Of a DNA stretch of 50,603 nucleotides, positions 20,232-30,808 are shown piece by piece. How positions within the stretch are numbered: the first letter of the stretch is position 1; every line of letters starts with the position of its first letter. Position numbers and translations under genes: made by a program. Origin of the DNA: an uncultured Clostridia bacterium (GTDB lineage: Bacteria > Bacillota > Clostridia > TANB77 > CAG-508); assembly GCA_944389395.1 (NCBI GenBank), contig CALXME010000004.1, forward strand, positions 1 to 50,603, read 5' to 3'. The notes under the pieces are model-generated. The model saw only the letters and a program-made list of their open reading frames with translations. It did not search any database and had not been told where the DNA came from.

Positions 20232-21617
20232 TTAACTTAATACTCTAAATGACATTACAAAACCATCGTCTGTTAATTTCATTACTATTGTTTCTGGAAC
20301 AGTCATTTTAATTTTTGCTGTGATGTCTGTTAATAAAATCTTTTGAATATGCAAGCCTGCCTCATTTGAATAATCTGATAAATTCACACCATAATAATAT
20401 GGGAATTTTCCTCTCATATATTCTTCAAACCATTCTTCTGTTTGAAAGTATTGAGCTTTAAAAGATTCATCTAATACTGCATAAGCAGATTTGTAATCTC
20501 TGTAATTTAACATTTGGAACCATTTATCAACATTCATTTCTACTTTTCTTCGTTCATCTGCATTTTGATATCTTTGTTTTACTTCTTCACTTTCAATTGT
20601 GTAAGTGTCTAATTTTACTTGAAATTGCATTACTGCTGATACTTTAAAAATATAGCTATGTTTATATTGGTCCTGGCAAACATATTCTGTTCCTTCTTCT
20701 AGATTATTCACTTCATATTCTTTTGCTACATAACTTTGAATTTCTTCTTGATTTTTAGAAACATAGTTTTTAAATTCTTCTACACTTCCAAACCTTTTAT
20801 TTCTATATTCTTCGTCTAACAATAAATATGCCATATCAGGATTTTCTTGCATTAATTTTTTATAATAAGAAAAATATTTTAATATAATATCATTTTCTTG
20901 CATTGTAGTATATGAGAAATAATTATTATCATTTAATTCAATTGCTGTATCTTCATCACTTAGAGGAATGTCTTTTACATTAGCATATTTTGAAAATTCA
21001 ATAGGTGTAATATAAAAAGAACTGTTTGTTTTATCTACATCAACAACGAAATAACATTGTGTTTTTTCTTCTGTTTCCATATTTTCCATTTCGCCATATA
21101 CTGCATATTGTGTTCTATAATTTCCTAATAATTGATACATTTCTAATGGTGTAAATTCCACTTTATCATTATTAGGTACTTTTTCTAAAACATTTTCAGT
21201 TGTAATTTCATTTTGAGATATATAATTTGGATTTAGAAAATTATATATAGCTTGTCTTTTACTTTTTTCGTCTGTAATTCCTTCATCTTGTGCATATAAA
21301 GTTGCTGCATTTGGCATTTTAGAACCTCTTACTGGTTGTAAAGAAATGTCTTCTATATTAAAAGAAATACTATTTAAATAATCTTGTATTGAATCCCCTA
21401 CTGAAAAGAAAGTAGAATGGTCAGTTACAATTTCCTTTTCAAAAGAAGTAGGTGGTGTATTTCCTTGATCTAACTCTTTCTTTTCTTCTTGCCATTGATT
21501 CTCTTTTTGAACCAATGAAATAGCAATCATGATAATAATAAGCAAAACTAATATAATACTTACTAAAACAATAAGCCTTTTTAATTTTGACATATCATTA
21601 AATATATTTTTCATCAA
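20232..21617 (-). CDS. Membrane-anchored hypothetical protein, 461 aa (possible NTF2/VirB8-like repeats)
   Basis: Single N-terminal TM. Repeated AY.lL.E.(Y/F)...F...E.F..Y motif. GGAGGTG RBS. Confidence 0.7.
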   Translation of the reverse strand: MMKNIFNDMSKLKRLIVLVSIILVLLIIIMIAISLVQKENQWQEEKKELDQGNTPPTSFEKEIVTDHSTFFSVGDSIQDYLNSISFNIEDISLQPVRGSKMPNAATLYAQDEGITDEKSKRQAIYNFLNPNYISQNEITTENVLEKVPNNDKVEFTPLEMYQLLGNYRTQYAVYGEMENMETEEKTQCYFVVDVDKTNSSFYITPIEFSKYANVKDIPLSDEDTAIELNDNNYFSYTTMQENDIILKYFSYYKKLMQENPDMAYLLLDEEYRNKRFGSVEEFKNYVSKNQEEIQSYVAKEYEVNNLEEGTEYVCQDQYKHSYIFKVSAVMQFQVKLDTYTIESEEVKQRYQNADERRKVEMNVDKWFQMLNYRDYKSAYAVLDESFKAQYFQTEEWFEEYMRGKFPYYYGVNLSDYSNEAGLHIQKILLTDITAKIKMTVPETIVMKLTDDGFVMSFRVLS

Positions 21618-21627
21618 AATACACCTC

Positions 21628-24600
21628 CTATTTCTTTCTTATAATAATACCAGGTCTTGAGTCACTAGCAGCAAAATTTGAAATATATGGTTCTCCATTT
21701 TTACCTAACCAGTGGCTTGATGAACCACAATCATATGTATATACGACACCATCTTTTACTTCTACAACAATTTGTGTATGTCCATTTGCTCCATCTCCCA
21801 CACTTCTATCTAGGATATCTCCTGGTTGTAAAATAGACCTTACGTCTTGTCCTCCAGCTACTGGAATTACTTCAAATCCCATTCTTTCCCAATCTACTGT
21901 TTTTAAAGTTTCTGTAGTATGTTGCCATCCTTGGAATTCTTGTACTAAATGATTGTTTCCTGTTGCAACACCATATTCATATAATACCCATGATACATAA
22001 CCACTACAGTCAATTTGTGTTCCGCTAGGTGGAGTCGTACTTCCTCCATAAGAAGTAAATCTTTGGCAAACTTCTAACCAAACTTCATAAGCTACATTTA
22101 AAAATTCGCCATCTCCCATACCATTAAACGAATCAGGGTCTAAAACTTCTCCGTTTGGTGTTTTGTATTTTCCAGTATCAAATAATTCCCAAACTAAACC
22201 ATTTCTAATATTTTGTTTTCTTTCTTCTTCTGTTGTATCTCTATCGGAATCATCTACGTAAAATGGTCTTATATCACCATCTATTGGTAGTTTAAATTCT
22301 TCCTGGAATTTTTCTTTTTCATCTTTTTCATAATAATCTTGATAAGCTTCTGCAAAATTATCTGCATATTCATCAGACCATCCATATTCATATGCAATTG
22401 TAGCTAAAGCATCTATTTGTTCTTCTTCTAATTCTAAACCTATTTTTTCAATAGATTCTTCCACCTTATCTCGCCATTTTTGGATTTCCTTCCTCATAAC
22501 TTGGTCTACAGTACTAGTATCCATCGTTTGATCCATATTGACGTAAGATTTAATATTATCAACACCTACTTCTAGGTAATGCTCTACAATTCTATCCTCA
22601 TAACCATCTCCGGTGTTCCAATCTGTTTCATTTAATCGATGGAATATATTAAATCCAAAACCTCTACCATCAAATTCGTTTGTTATCATCTTATATTCTG
22701 GTTCGTCACCTGTTGTAATGTAATCATATATCTCTCCTTCATCAACAGAAACATGATTACTCATATATAAACGTAACGCATTGTTTTCTAAACCTTTGAT
22801 GAATTCTTCTAATATAGTTGAACTTCCGTAAATTTTATTTAAGTCATTGTTCTTGTATACATCAAAACTATATTTTTCGTCATCCTCTTGAACGCCACTT
22901 TGTTGTTGTTTTGCTTTATTATACAAATATTTAGTTAAATCAATCATATTTACTGTCTTTTCGTCTTGGGATAATAATGCTTCCATCCAGCCTATATTAA
23001 ACCTATCTAATAAGCCTTCAAAACTTAAAAATAAATCAATCACTTTTTGCTCATTAGATTCTTTTTCTTCTGTACCACTATCATATTTATTACTAATGGT
23101 TCTAACAGTTGTAATTTGTTTACTATCTACTTGAACATAGTTTCCTGAATTTCTTATATCTTCTTGACGACCTGGCAAAGCTTGTTCTGTAACATTAGTC
23201 GTATCACTCACTTCTCCATAAACACTAGCTGTTGTATTAATACCTTTTATTAATTTGTTTTTTTGTTCTCCATCTAACTCATCTTCGTCTATTTCTGCAT
23301 CTTCTTCGCTACTAGCTTCTCTCACATTTGTTGCCACATAAACAGGAACACCAGATTCACTTCTATTACATACACAAGCTCCGTTATTTGTTGGTATATA
23401 CATATCTACCCACATAGTAGGTCTCCAAGTTGGTCCCACGTCATCCACTCGATATACATTTCCTTCTATAATGATATAATCTCCATTTTGTAAATGGCTA
23501 CCTGCTGAATGGAACATATCAGGATGAACTGCCACAGTTAAGTTTTCTGTTGCTGGTCTACCAGAAGCTGTTGCCGTTGTTCCAAAATTTCCAGAACCAT
23601 CATCATTACATGCATAACAATATTCTGTTATTAAACAATTTCCTATTAACTCTCCTTGGTCAGCAGTTAAATCGTTTCCACTTACTGATGATTGTGTAAA
23701 AGACATTGTTGAATAACTAGAACTTTTCCAGAATTTCACAAACCAGCTATCTGCATAAGTTAATTCAATTTCATTACTTACGGTTTCTTTTACATCTACA
23801 TCAGTAGATACTGTATTCCAATCTTCAACCAGTTCATTTCCAACACCCACAATTACTCTAGTTCGTTTTTCTTGTACATCAACGGTCGTTTGAACTGTTG
23901 TCACATTATCTTGTATCGCAATAACATATTCTGAATCTAAAGCTAAGTCCGCTAATTCACTAACAAACTCTGGATTATCTGTATGTACTAAAAAGTCTAT
24001 CATATATTCTATTGGCATTGTATATTTATTCACTACAGCTCGATAATTAATTGGATTACTTGCTTCTATCTTTAAACCACCATCTGTAGTAAAAGACCAA
24101 TTAGCAACAATCAATTTATAGGTATTTGGTTCTAAAGTGTAAGTCCTTAAGGCTTGCCTACTATTAGTATCCACATATTCTTGGAACTTCTCTGGTGATA
24201 CATATCTTAAATCATAAATTTTTGAATTAACACCAGTAGATTTTGATGTTGTACTCATAACATTAGAAACACCATCTACCCCCATATTTTCAATTCCATA
24301 ATATTCTAATATAGCAGATGCAATTCCTTTAGCATATTTCTTCAAACCTGCTTCATTTTCTGCACCAATTACTTCCATATCAGAAGCATTTGTCATGTAT
24401 CCACCTTCTACTAAAACAGATGGAAATCCCCATTCAGAAGAACTACCAATTTCACTATTAGAACCCGTATTAGCCATAACACCTTTATCTTCTAATTCCA
24501 TATATTCGGCAACATTTTTTGTGAATATATTTGCAAAGCTTTGAGATTCAGTATCTCCAGAAGTGTAATAAGCACTTACACCACTTGTATTACTATCTTC

Positions 24601-27228
24601 ACTTCCATTAAAATGTATTCCTACATAAGCATCTACACCTTGTTCTTTAGCAAGTTGCATTCTTTCCCAATTTGGTTCTGAATATCCTACTTGAACAACA
24701 CTAACCTCAGAAGAATATGGACCTAAATATTGTTCCACATAATCCGCTACTTTTGTTGTTATTTGATATTCTTTCCAGGTCTCTCCTGACGGTGTTTGTC
24801 CAGAATTTCCTTGTGTATAATATTTTGTTTGATTTGCTACTTCTTCTTCTGTTCCAGCATCTCTACTAATACCATGTCCTGCCACAATGGCTACTTTATG
24901 TTTTGCATTTGCATTAGTTCCACCTGAACTAGAACTATTTGTATCTATCATATCATAAATCATAGAAGACATTTCTTTAATATTATTTCTAGCCTCAGCT
25001 GTATTACTAACTTCATTAGACATAATAACAACTACATAAGGTGCACCATCTTTATATACAATTGCTGCATCATTTTCTACTGTGCTTAATTCTCCTGTCT
25101 TATTAGCTGTTTGCACCCCTGATGGAACACCAGCAGGAATTTTGCTTGTCAATGTTTGTGATTTTAAAATCTCAATCATTTCTTGAGAAGCACTTTCACT
25201 AACACATCTACCTCGATACATTTCTTCTAATAATTTTCCAACATCTAAAACAGATGTATAGTTATCTCCATTTTCTGTACCTTGTAACATTTTCCTATGT
25301 ATTTGAGTAGATGTATATTCGTGTGAATTAATATAATTATTAATCTTATCAAATCCTAATCTATCAATCATCCTGTTTGCTGCATCATTGTCACTGTTAT
25401 TAATCATTATTTTAATATCATCAATAACTTCTGCTTTATTTAATGTTCCTTTTTCTATTTCCTCATAAGCTGTTGCCATAATAAATAGTTTTATTAAACT
25501 TGCAGATTGCATTTGTTTATTATTAATATTTACTTTTATAGAGTTAGCACTTAAATTTTTAGCATAAACACTCCAAACACCATCTGTAGCTGTTTCGTCT
25601 ATATATTCTTGAATTTCAGTTTCATCACCTGTACTATTAGACATAACCTCTGAGCTTCCTGTAGATGTATTTTTAACTTCTCCAATATTTTTATTTGGAG
25701 TTACACGTCTAATACGTATTGTTCCTTGAAACTCTCCTAAATTAACATTGCTAAATGAACCATCAAAAATCCAGAATGCGTCATAATGCACATTATCTAA
25801 AATTGTTTCTAACTCCCATGTATTTTTTTCTTTGCTAGCATCTCCTGGGTCATTAATAGATACTCTATTGTTTTCATCAATACCTGTTAAAACAATGAAA
25901 TGTCCAAAGCTACCTGTAAACATACCTGTCTTCATGTGAGCAATAATAGGTGAACCATTACGCAAAGCTTCTATTACTACATCTTTTTCCTCTTTAGTGG
26001 CTGTTTGAACTTCTCCAACATCCCACTCTTCTGCTGCTGCTGCAAATAACGGACCATCAACTCCCTTCCCGTTAAAGTAGGTATCTCCTCCCCATTCTAC
26101 TAGTTCTTCTACTGTTACTTCTGAATTTGTTAGGTATGAAAGTACCATAGCTGTACATACAAATCCACAACCATATTGAGCAACATTACCTCCTTTAGAA
26201 AAAGTAACATGAGCATAATCAGCCTGATATAATTTAGGAACTTCTGCATATCCAGATTCGCTTTCCTGGTCAGCTGGAGTAAAAGTACCTTGGAATTGTT
26301 CATAATATACATTTGCCCAGTGAATCCTATTTTCCATCATAGGAGTTCCTGGTCTCTCAAATGCTTCTGAAAAAATACGAGCTGCTTCTTCTGGTGAAGT
26401 TGCATTCGTCCATTGGTCATAAGCTGATGATGGTATAAATTGAAAATTAGCATACTGAGAACCACCTGGAGTCAATTCCATCAATAAGAAATCTAACTGT
26501 ACATCTACATCAGTCCAATGTTTTCCCATTGCTGCTGCATAATTTTCTAGCTGGGTTCTTCTTCCATAAGACCATTGAATTAAACCAATTCCTTCTCCTG
26601 AACCCCCATTTTCTACAATGGCTGGGTTAAACCCTCCTGACTCTTGATGAATATTTCCCATTAGCCCTGCTACTGCAATCTCTGAAAAACCTTGTCCAAT
26701 TAAGAAGTTCCAAGTTTTCTCTGCAATAGTATCTCCTGTATATCCAGAAGCACTACCACCACTACCTCCTCCAGAAACAGAACCTTTTAATAGAGGAAAC
26801 TGATTTACTACTTCTGCTTTTATCATTTTCTTTAATAAATCTTTTGTAATAGACTTATACCCTATTCTCTGTATTTCTTTCACAAGCTCATCTATTTTTT
26901 CATCTGCACCCTCAACAAAATCATAATAAAAACCTTCTTTGTCATCTCCTTTTATCTCTATAAAATCCACCAAACTATCTACTTCTAATATATCATAAAT
27001 AGTATCTATTGTTTTTTTTGCTTGATTTAACTGATTTGTCATTACTAAAGGTGAAAATCCACATAATAAAAACGAAAAAACAGTAACAAAAATAACTACA
27101 ATAGCAATTCTTTTTCGTCTATTAACTTTAGCTTCTTGAGTTTTTTGAGCAGTCCCTTTTCTTTTTATATCTCTACTAGCATCTCCTGCTCTTTCTTCTG
27201 GTGGTTGCATATTTTTTTCATCAGCCAT
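21628..27228 (-). CDS. Multidomain cell-wall hydrolase (phage-tail lysozyme, C39-like peptidase, serine beta-lactamase/PBP fold, Amidase_3, 3D-like, NlpC/P60-like)
   Basis: Motifs GNIHQES..GIGLIQWS..FERP; YQ..GCG..GHFIVL..NDP; SASLIK/SDN/KTG; AGHG..E..HFN..VEGGY; TASG..VAVHP..DVG..DMY; IDCSGYVSWV..PGDIL..GHT. Confidence 0.85.
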   Translation of the reverse strand: MADEKNMQPPEERAGDASRDIKRKGTAQKTQEAKVNRRKRIAIVVIFVTVFSFLLCGFSPLVMTNQLNQAKKTIDTIYDILEVDSLVDFIEIKGDDKEGFYYDFVEGADEKIDELVKEIQRIGYKSITKDLLKKMIKAEVVNQFPLLKGSVSGGGSGGSASGYTGDTIAEKTWNFLIGQGFSEIAVAGLMGNIHQESGGFNPAIVENGGSGEGIGLIQWSYGRRTQLENYAAAMGKHWTDVDVQLDFLLMELTPGGSQYANFQFIPSSAYDQWTNATSPEEAARIFSEAFERPGTPMMENRIHWANVYYEQFQGTFTPADQESESGYAEVPKLYQADYAHVTFSKGGNVAQYGCGFVCTAMVLSYLTNSEVTVEELVEWGGDTYFNGKGVDGPLFAAAAEEWDVGEVQTATKEEKDVVIEALRNGSPIIAHMKTGMFTGSFGHFIVLTGIDENNRVSINDPGDASKEKNTWELETILDNVHYDAFWIFDGSFSNVNLGEFQGTIRIRRVTPNKNIGEVKNTSTGSSEVMSNSTGDETEIQEYIDETATDGVWSVYAKNLSANSIKVNINNKQMQSASLIKLFIMATAYEEIEKGTLNKAEVIDDIKIMINNSDNDAANRMIDRLGFDKINNYINSHEYTSTQIHRKMLQGTENGDNYTSVLDVGKLLEEMYRGRCVSESASQEMIEILKSQTLTSKIPAGVPSGVQTANKTGELSTVENDAAIVYKDGAPYVVVIMSNEVSNTAEARNNIKEMSSMIYDMIDTNSSSSGGTNANAKHKVAIVAGHGISRDAGTEEEVANQTKYYTQGNSGQTPSGETWKEYQITTKVADYVEQYLGPYSSEVSVVQVGYSEPNWERMQLAKEQGVDAYVGIHFNGSEDSNTSGVSAYYTSGDTESQSFANIFTKNVAEYMELEDKGVMANTGSNSEIGSSSEWGFPSVLVEGGYMTNASDMEVIGAENEAGLKKYAKGIASAILEYYGIENMGVDGVSNVMSTTSKSTGVNSKIYDLRYVSPEKFQEYVDTNSRQALRTYTLEPNTYKLIVANWSFTTDGGLKIEASNPINYRAVVNKYTMPIEYMIDFLVHTDNPEFVSELADLALDSEYVIAIQDNVTTVQTTVDVQEKRTRVIVGVGNELVEDWNTVSTDVDVKETVSNEIELTYADSWFVKFWKSSSYSTMSFTQSSVSGNDLTADQGELIGNCLITEYCYACNDDGSGNFGTTATASGRPATENLTVAVHPDMFHSAGSHLQNGDYIIIEGNVYRVDDVGPTWRPTMWVDMYIPTNNGACVCNRSESGVPVYVATNVREASSEEDAEIDEDELDGEQKNKLIKGINTTASVYGEVSDTTNVTEQALPGRQEDIRNSGNYVQVDSKQITTVRTISNKYDSGTEEKESNEQKVIDLFLSFEGLLDRFNIGWMEALLSQDEKTVNMIDLTKYLYNKAKQQQSGVQEDDEKYSFDVYKNNDLNKIYGSSTILEEFIKGLENNALRLYMSNHVSVDEGEIYDYITTGDEPEYKMITNEFDGRGFGFNIFHRLNETDWNTGDGYEDRIVEHYLEVGVDNIKSYVNMDQTMDTSTVDQVMRKEIQKWRDKVEESIEKIGLELEEEQIDALATIAYEYGWSDEYADNFAEAYQDYYEKDEKEKFQEEFKLPIDGDIRPFYVDDSDRDTTEEERKQNIRNGLVWELFDTGKYKTPNGEVLDPDSFNGMGDGEFLNVAYEVWLEVCQRFTSYGGSTTPPSGTQIDCSGYVSWVLYEYGVATGNNHLVQEFQGWQHTTETLKTVDWERMGFEVIPVAGGQDVRSILQPGDILDRSVGDGANGHTQIVVEVKDGVVYTYDCGSSSHWLGKNGEPYISNFAASDSRPGIIIRKK

Positions 27229-27264
27229 ATACTCACCTCTTTTTTTATATCTAATTACTTCTAA

Positions 27265-28248
27265 TTATTGCAAATATATTTCTATTTCCATTTTTCCTTT
27301 TTCTGCCTCTTCTTGGTGTAATGCTTGATCTAAAATAATATCTGAAAAGCCCAAAGAAACAATTCTTTTCTCTCCATTAAATGTGTTATTAAATTTTATT
27401 CTTATTTTTTTAGATTCTCCTGCCTGTACTCTTAAATCTTCATCCGTGTTTTCATATAAAAGAGCTTGTATCTTTAAACCATCATTATTTTTTACATATA
27501 CAGAATTATCTTTTTCTCTTGTATCTAAAATAATTTCTTTTGAACTATCATTAGTTACTTCTATTTCATAAATTTCATAATCTAAATAAGTTTCTACATT
27601 ATTTACTTTAAATTGAACCTTATTGGCTTCTGCTGTTTTTCTAATATTATTTGCTCTTATGAAATTATGAATATTAACTTTGTACACATCGCCTTTTTTT
27701 AACACAGTAATATAATCTTCTAAATAATGATTTGTAAAATCCAAACCAGCTGAAAGCATATTATCATAAAATCTTACTTGATATACATAAGTATTATCCG
27801 TAGAAGACCATGATTGAAAATCATATATTTTATCATATAAGTCCTGGCAATATTTTTGTTCAAATCCTTCTAAAGTAGGATATAAAATTTCTTTGCAATC
27901 TTCTGTTAATAAGTTATATGCTTGTTCTACCTGTTTGCTCGTTACATACTGTATAAACTGTTCTAACACACCTTGTACTTCATCTTTAATATCTTGATCT
28001 ACACTTCCACCTGTAGTTATAGACTGTGCGGCTTCGTTATAATCCACTACTTCTGATGGATTTTCTTTATTAGATGCTTCTTGTAATTGTTTTGAATATT
28101 GTTCCATATTTTTATTAGCTTGTTCTTGATATACCTTATTAATAACTCCAATAATAGCTATACAAAATATAACTATTATTAAACTTATCCATATTATTCT
28201 TCTATTTTTATTATACAATCTTATAATTTTTAACATTTTTACTTCCAT
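27265..28248 (-). CDS. Membrane-anchored hypothetical protein, 327 aa
   Basis: N-terminal TM, an AYNLLTEDCK..YPTLEGF..Y motif and a C-terminal beta-rich domain. Confidence 0.7.
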   Translation of the reverse strand: MEVKMLKIIRLYNKNRRIIWISLIIVIFCIAIIGVINKVYQEQANKNMEQYSKQLQEASNKENPSEVVDYNEAAQSITTGGSVDQDIKDEVQGVLEQFIQYVTSKQVEQAYNLLTEDCKEILYPTLEGFEQKYCQDLYDKIYDFQSWSSTDNTYVYQVRFYDNMLSAGLDFTNHYLEDYITVLKKGDVYKVNIHNFIRANNIRKTAEANKVQFKVNNVETYLDYEIYEIEVTNDSSKEIILDTREKDNSVYVKNNDGLKIQALLYENTDEDLRVQAGESKKIRIKFNNTFNGEKRIVSLGFSDIILDQALHQEEAEKGKMEIEIYLQ

Positions 28249-30801
28249 TTCTCTATATTATCATTATTTTTATTTCCAGGTTGCTTTGGTTGTACTTTAT
28301 AAACATCTCTTAAAGCTTTTTCGATTAATTTTTCAGATTTAACACCATTAGCTCTCAATAAATCTTTTACTTCCTTTTGTGCCTTCTCATTTTTCTGTAA
28401 ATCAGGATAACTTTCCGCAATTTTAGCAACCAATTGCATTTTTTCAGATGACCATTTTTCATTAACAGCAACTTGCGCTGTATTTTTAATTATTTCTTCG
28501 TTCTTTATTCCAGCAACTTTAACTAAAACTTTTATGTTTTCACCAGTTCTAGTATCTGTTGATTGTTGTTTAGCTCCTGCTAATCCAGCACCTAAACTAG
28601 CACCTCCTAATGGCGTTGCTATCATCATTTTATTGTCCCCTGTAGCAGCCGACATAAAAGCTGCTGCCGGAATAGAAGCTATTGCACCCACAGCACCTGC
28701 TAAGCCTTTTTTCACCATATCTTCTACTTCCTGTGCTCCATCTTTTTTCTTCAAACTTTCAATTTTTTCAGATTTTTGTTTTGCTTCCTCATAAGGTGAA
28801 TTTTGTCTATTAATTGCTCCATCTTCTGGTTTATTATCTGTACTAGGTTCTTTATCAGCATTAGGGATATCATTAGTAGTATTAGAAAATGTATTTGTTT
28901 GATTATCCTCTGTATCAGTATTTCGTCCCTCGCGTTCCACGATTTCAATTCCATCTTCTAACTGTGCTATACTCCTATAAGCATTATTATCTACCTCTGG
29001 TTCTACAAAATTATTTCTTATATTTTCTGTAGCTTTTTTTCTTCTCATTTCTTCTTTGTCACCGTGAATCATCTAAATTTCTATCATCCACTTTACTTCT
29101 AAAATCATCCAAACCATTAGAATTATTAACAACTGTATTATTGACATTTACTACTGAATTATTTGTATTTCCACTTCCTTCTGTGCCTTCACCGCCATTT
29201 ACTACATCTTCTACACCATTACCAACAGCTCCTGTTACTTTATCAAAAACTCCTCCAACAGCTCCTTTAACTCCTTTAGCTAGCCCAAATCCTGCCTTAA
29301 AAGGTGAAGCCAACGCAGAAGCAGTTCCCACTGCTGCCGCTCCTAATCCTGCTGTTCCTACAGTTACTGCCGCTTTTGCAACTCCTCCTACCACTTTTGA
29401 ACCTAGTCCTAAAATACTTCCCAAAAGTGCAACATCTCCTAAAGAACTTGATGTTAATTGTGCTTGATCAATCTTGAACATTTTCTTTATCCATTTTTCC
29501 GCAGTTGACATGAATAAAAGTGCAACTATTCCATAAATTGGATTTTGTACTACTAAAGACATAGCAGCACCTACTAATGCACAATATAGCACTAAATGAA
29601 CTGGTTGAAGAATAGCATTTATAAAATATTCTTTAAGCCACATATCAAAAGCTTGTGAATGTCCATCTTTTATTTTATCAATAGGATATGTAAGTGCAAC
29701 TAATGGTGCAATCATTGTAAAAAACGCTAAATATAATGCCCTTTTCATGTAAATAAACGTATATCTTAAAGTAATACCTATAATACATAAATACATAATT
29801 GCATAGCCAATACCTTCTGTCCAAGCATTTGATTGAGCTGCAAATCTAATATATCCTGTAAATGTAGTTCTAAATATAGTACCATCATCTACAGCAATAA
29901 TAATTCCACTATTCATTGCATTACTAAGTAAATCTGTTATTTTTTCTGCTAACATCATAATTCCAGCCATAATAAAATGCATAAAAAATACTAAACATAA
30001 TGCTATAAACCAGTCTTGTAATCGCTCTTTATATTTTGCTTTTTCTGATACTGTACCAATTACTATTCTAATTCCTATATACACTAAAACAGATAATAAA
30101 CCTACAATAGCAATATTCCTAAAAGCTCTATACCAACTTGCAATAGTTGGACTTATGGATTCTGCAAAAGATGTTGCTTCTCTTTCTGCCTCTTCTGAAT
30201 CCCTAACAGGTGTATATTGATGAGGATTTATATAATTAGCATCTAATGCTGCAATTTTATTTGAAAATATACTTTCTGGGCTATATAAAATATTAGGTAC
30301 CTTCCAATGTCCTAGTAAACCATTTTTTAATCCTGAATCAGCTGCTGTAATCAGCATAGACCCCCTAGCATCTTCTGGTCTACCATCACTTAAAGCATCT
30401 ACGTCACTTTGATCTGCATATAACCATGAACTAGTATCTTCCAAATTATCATTTCTATTGCTAATCATTGTACTGACCCAAAAATCCATATCTCCTAGCA
30501 ATGTAACTTGCATTAAAGACATAGCAACATCTCCTAATGCTACAAATAAGCGTCCTAACTCCATTAACAAATTTCCCGGAATATTAGTCCATGCCCAACT
30601 TGTATCTCCAGAAGAATCCGTAGAAAAACCAACAATAGAAGCTACTGAATTAAATGGCTTACTAACCCAATCCCACAATATTGAACCTTGTGATTTTGTA
30701 GCATACACTTTAGATGGTACAAGAGTAGTTACAAGTACAAAGATTATTGTAATTAAAATTATCATTTGTTTCAGAAATTTATTTTTCCAAATCTTCATCA
30801 T
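28239..30801 (-). CDS. VirB6/TrbL-like polytopic membrane protein, split by a +1 frameshift at 29064 (580-aa + 277-aa ORFs; fused ~853 aa)
   Basis: Multiple TM helices with KAKYKERLQDW, Y.KR..YLAFFTMIAPLVALTYPIDK and F..W.KEY, followed by a Gly/Ala-rich tail. The junction reads GAT TCA C GGT GAC. Confidence 0.7.
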
Positions 30802-30808
30802 TGCCTCC

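Noticed and set aside
24960..25600. Stand-alone beta-lactamase resistance gene
   Set aside because: The SxxK/SDN/KTG domain is embedded in a multidomain wall hydrolase, so a DD-peptidase-like role is more plausible.
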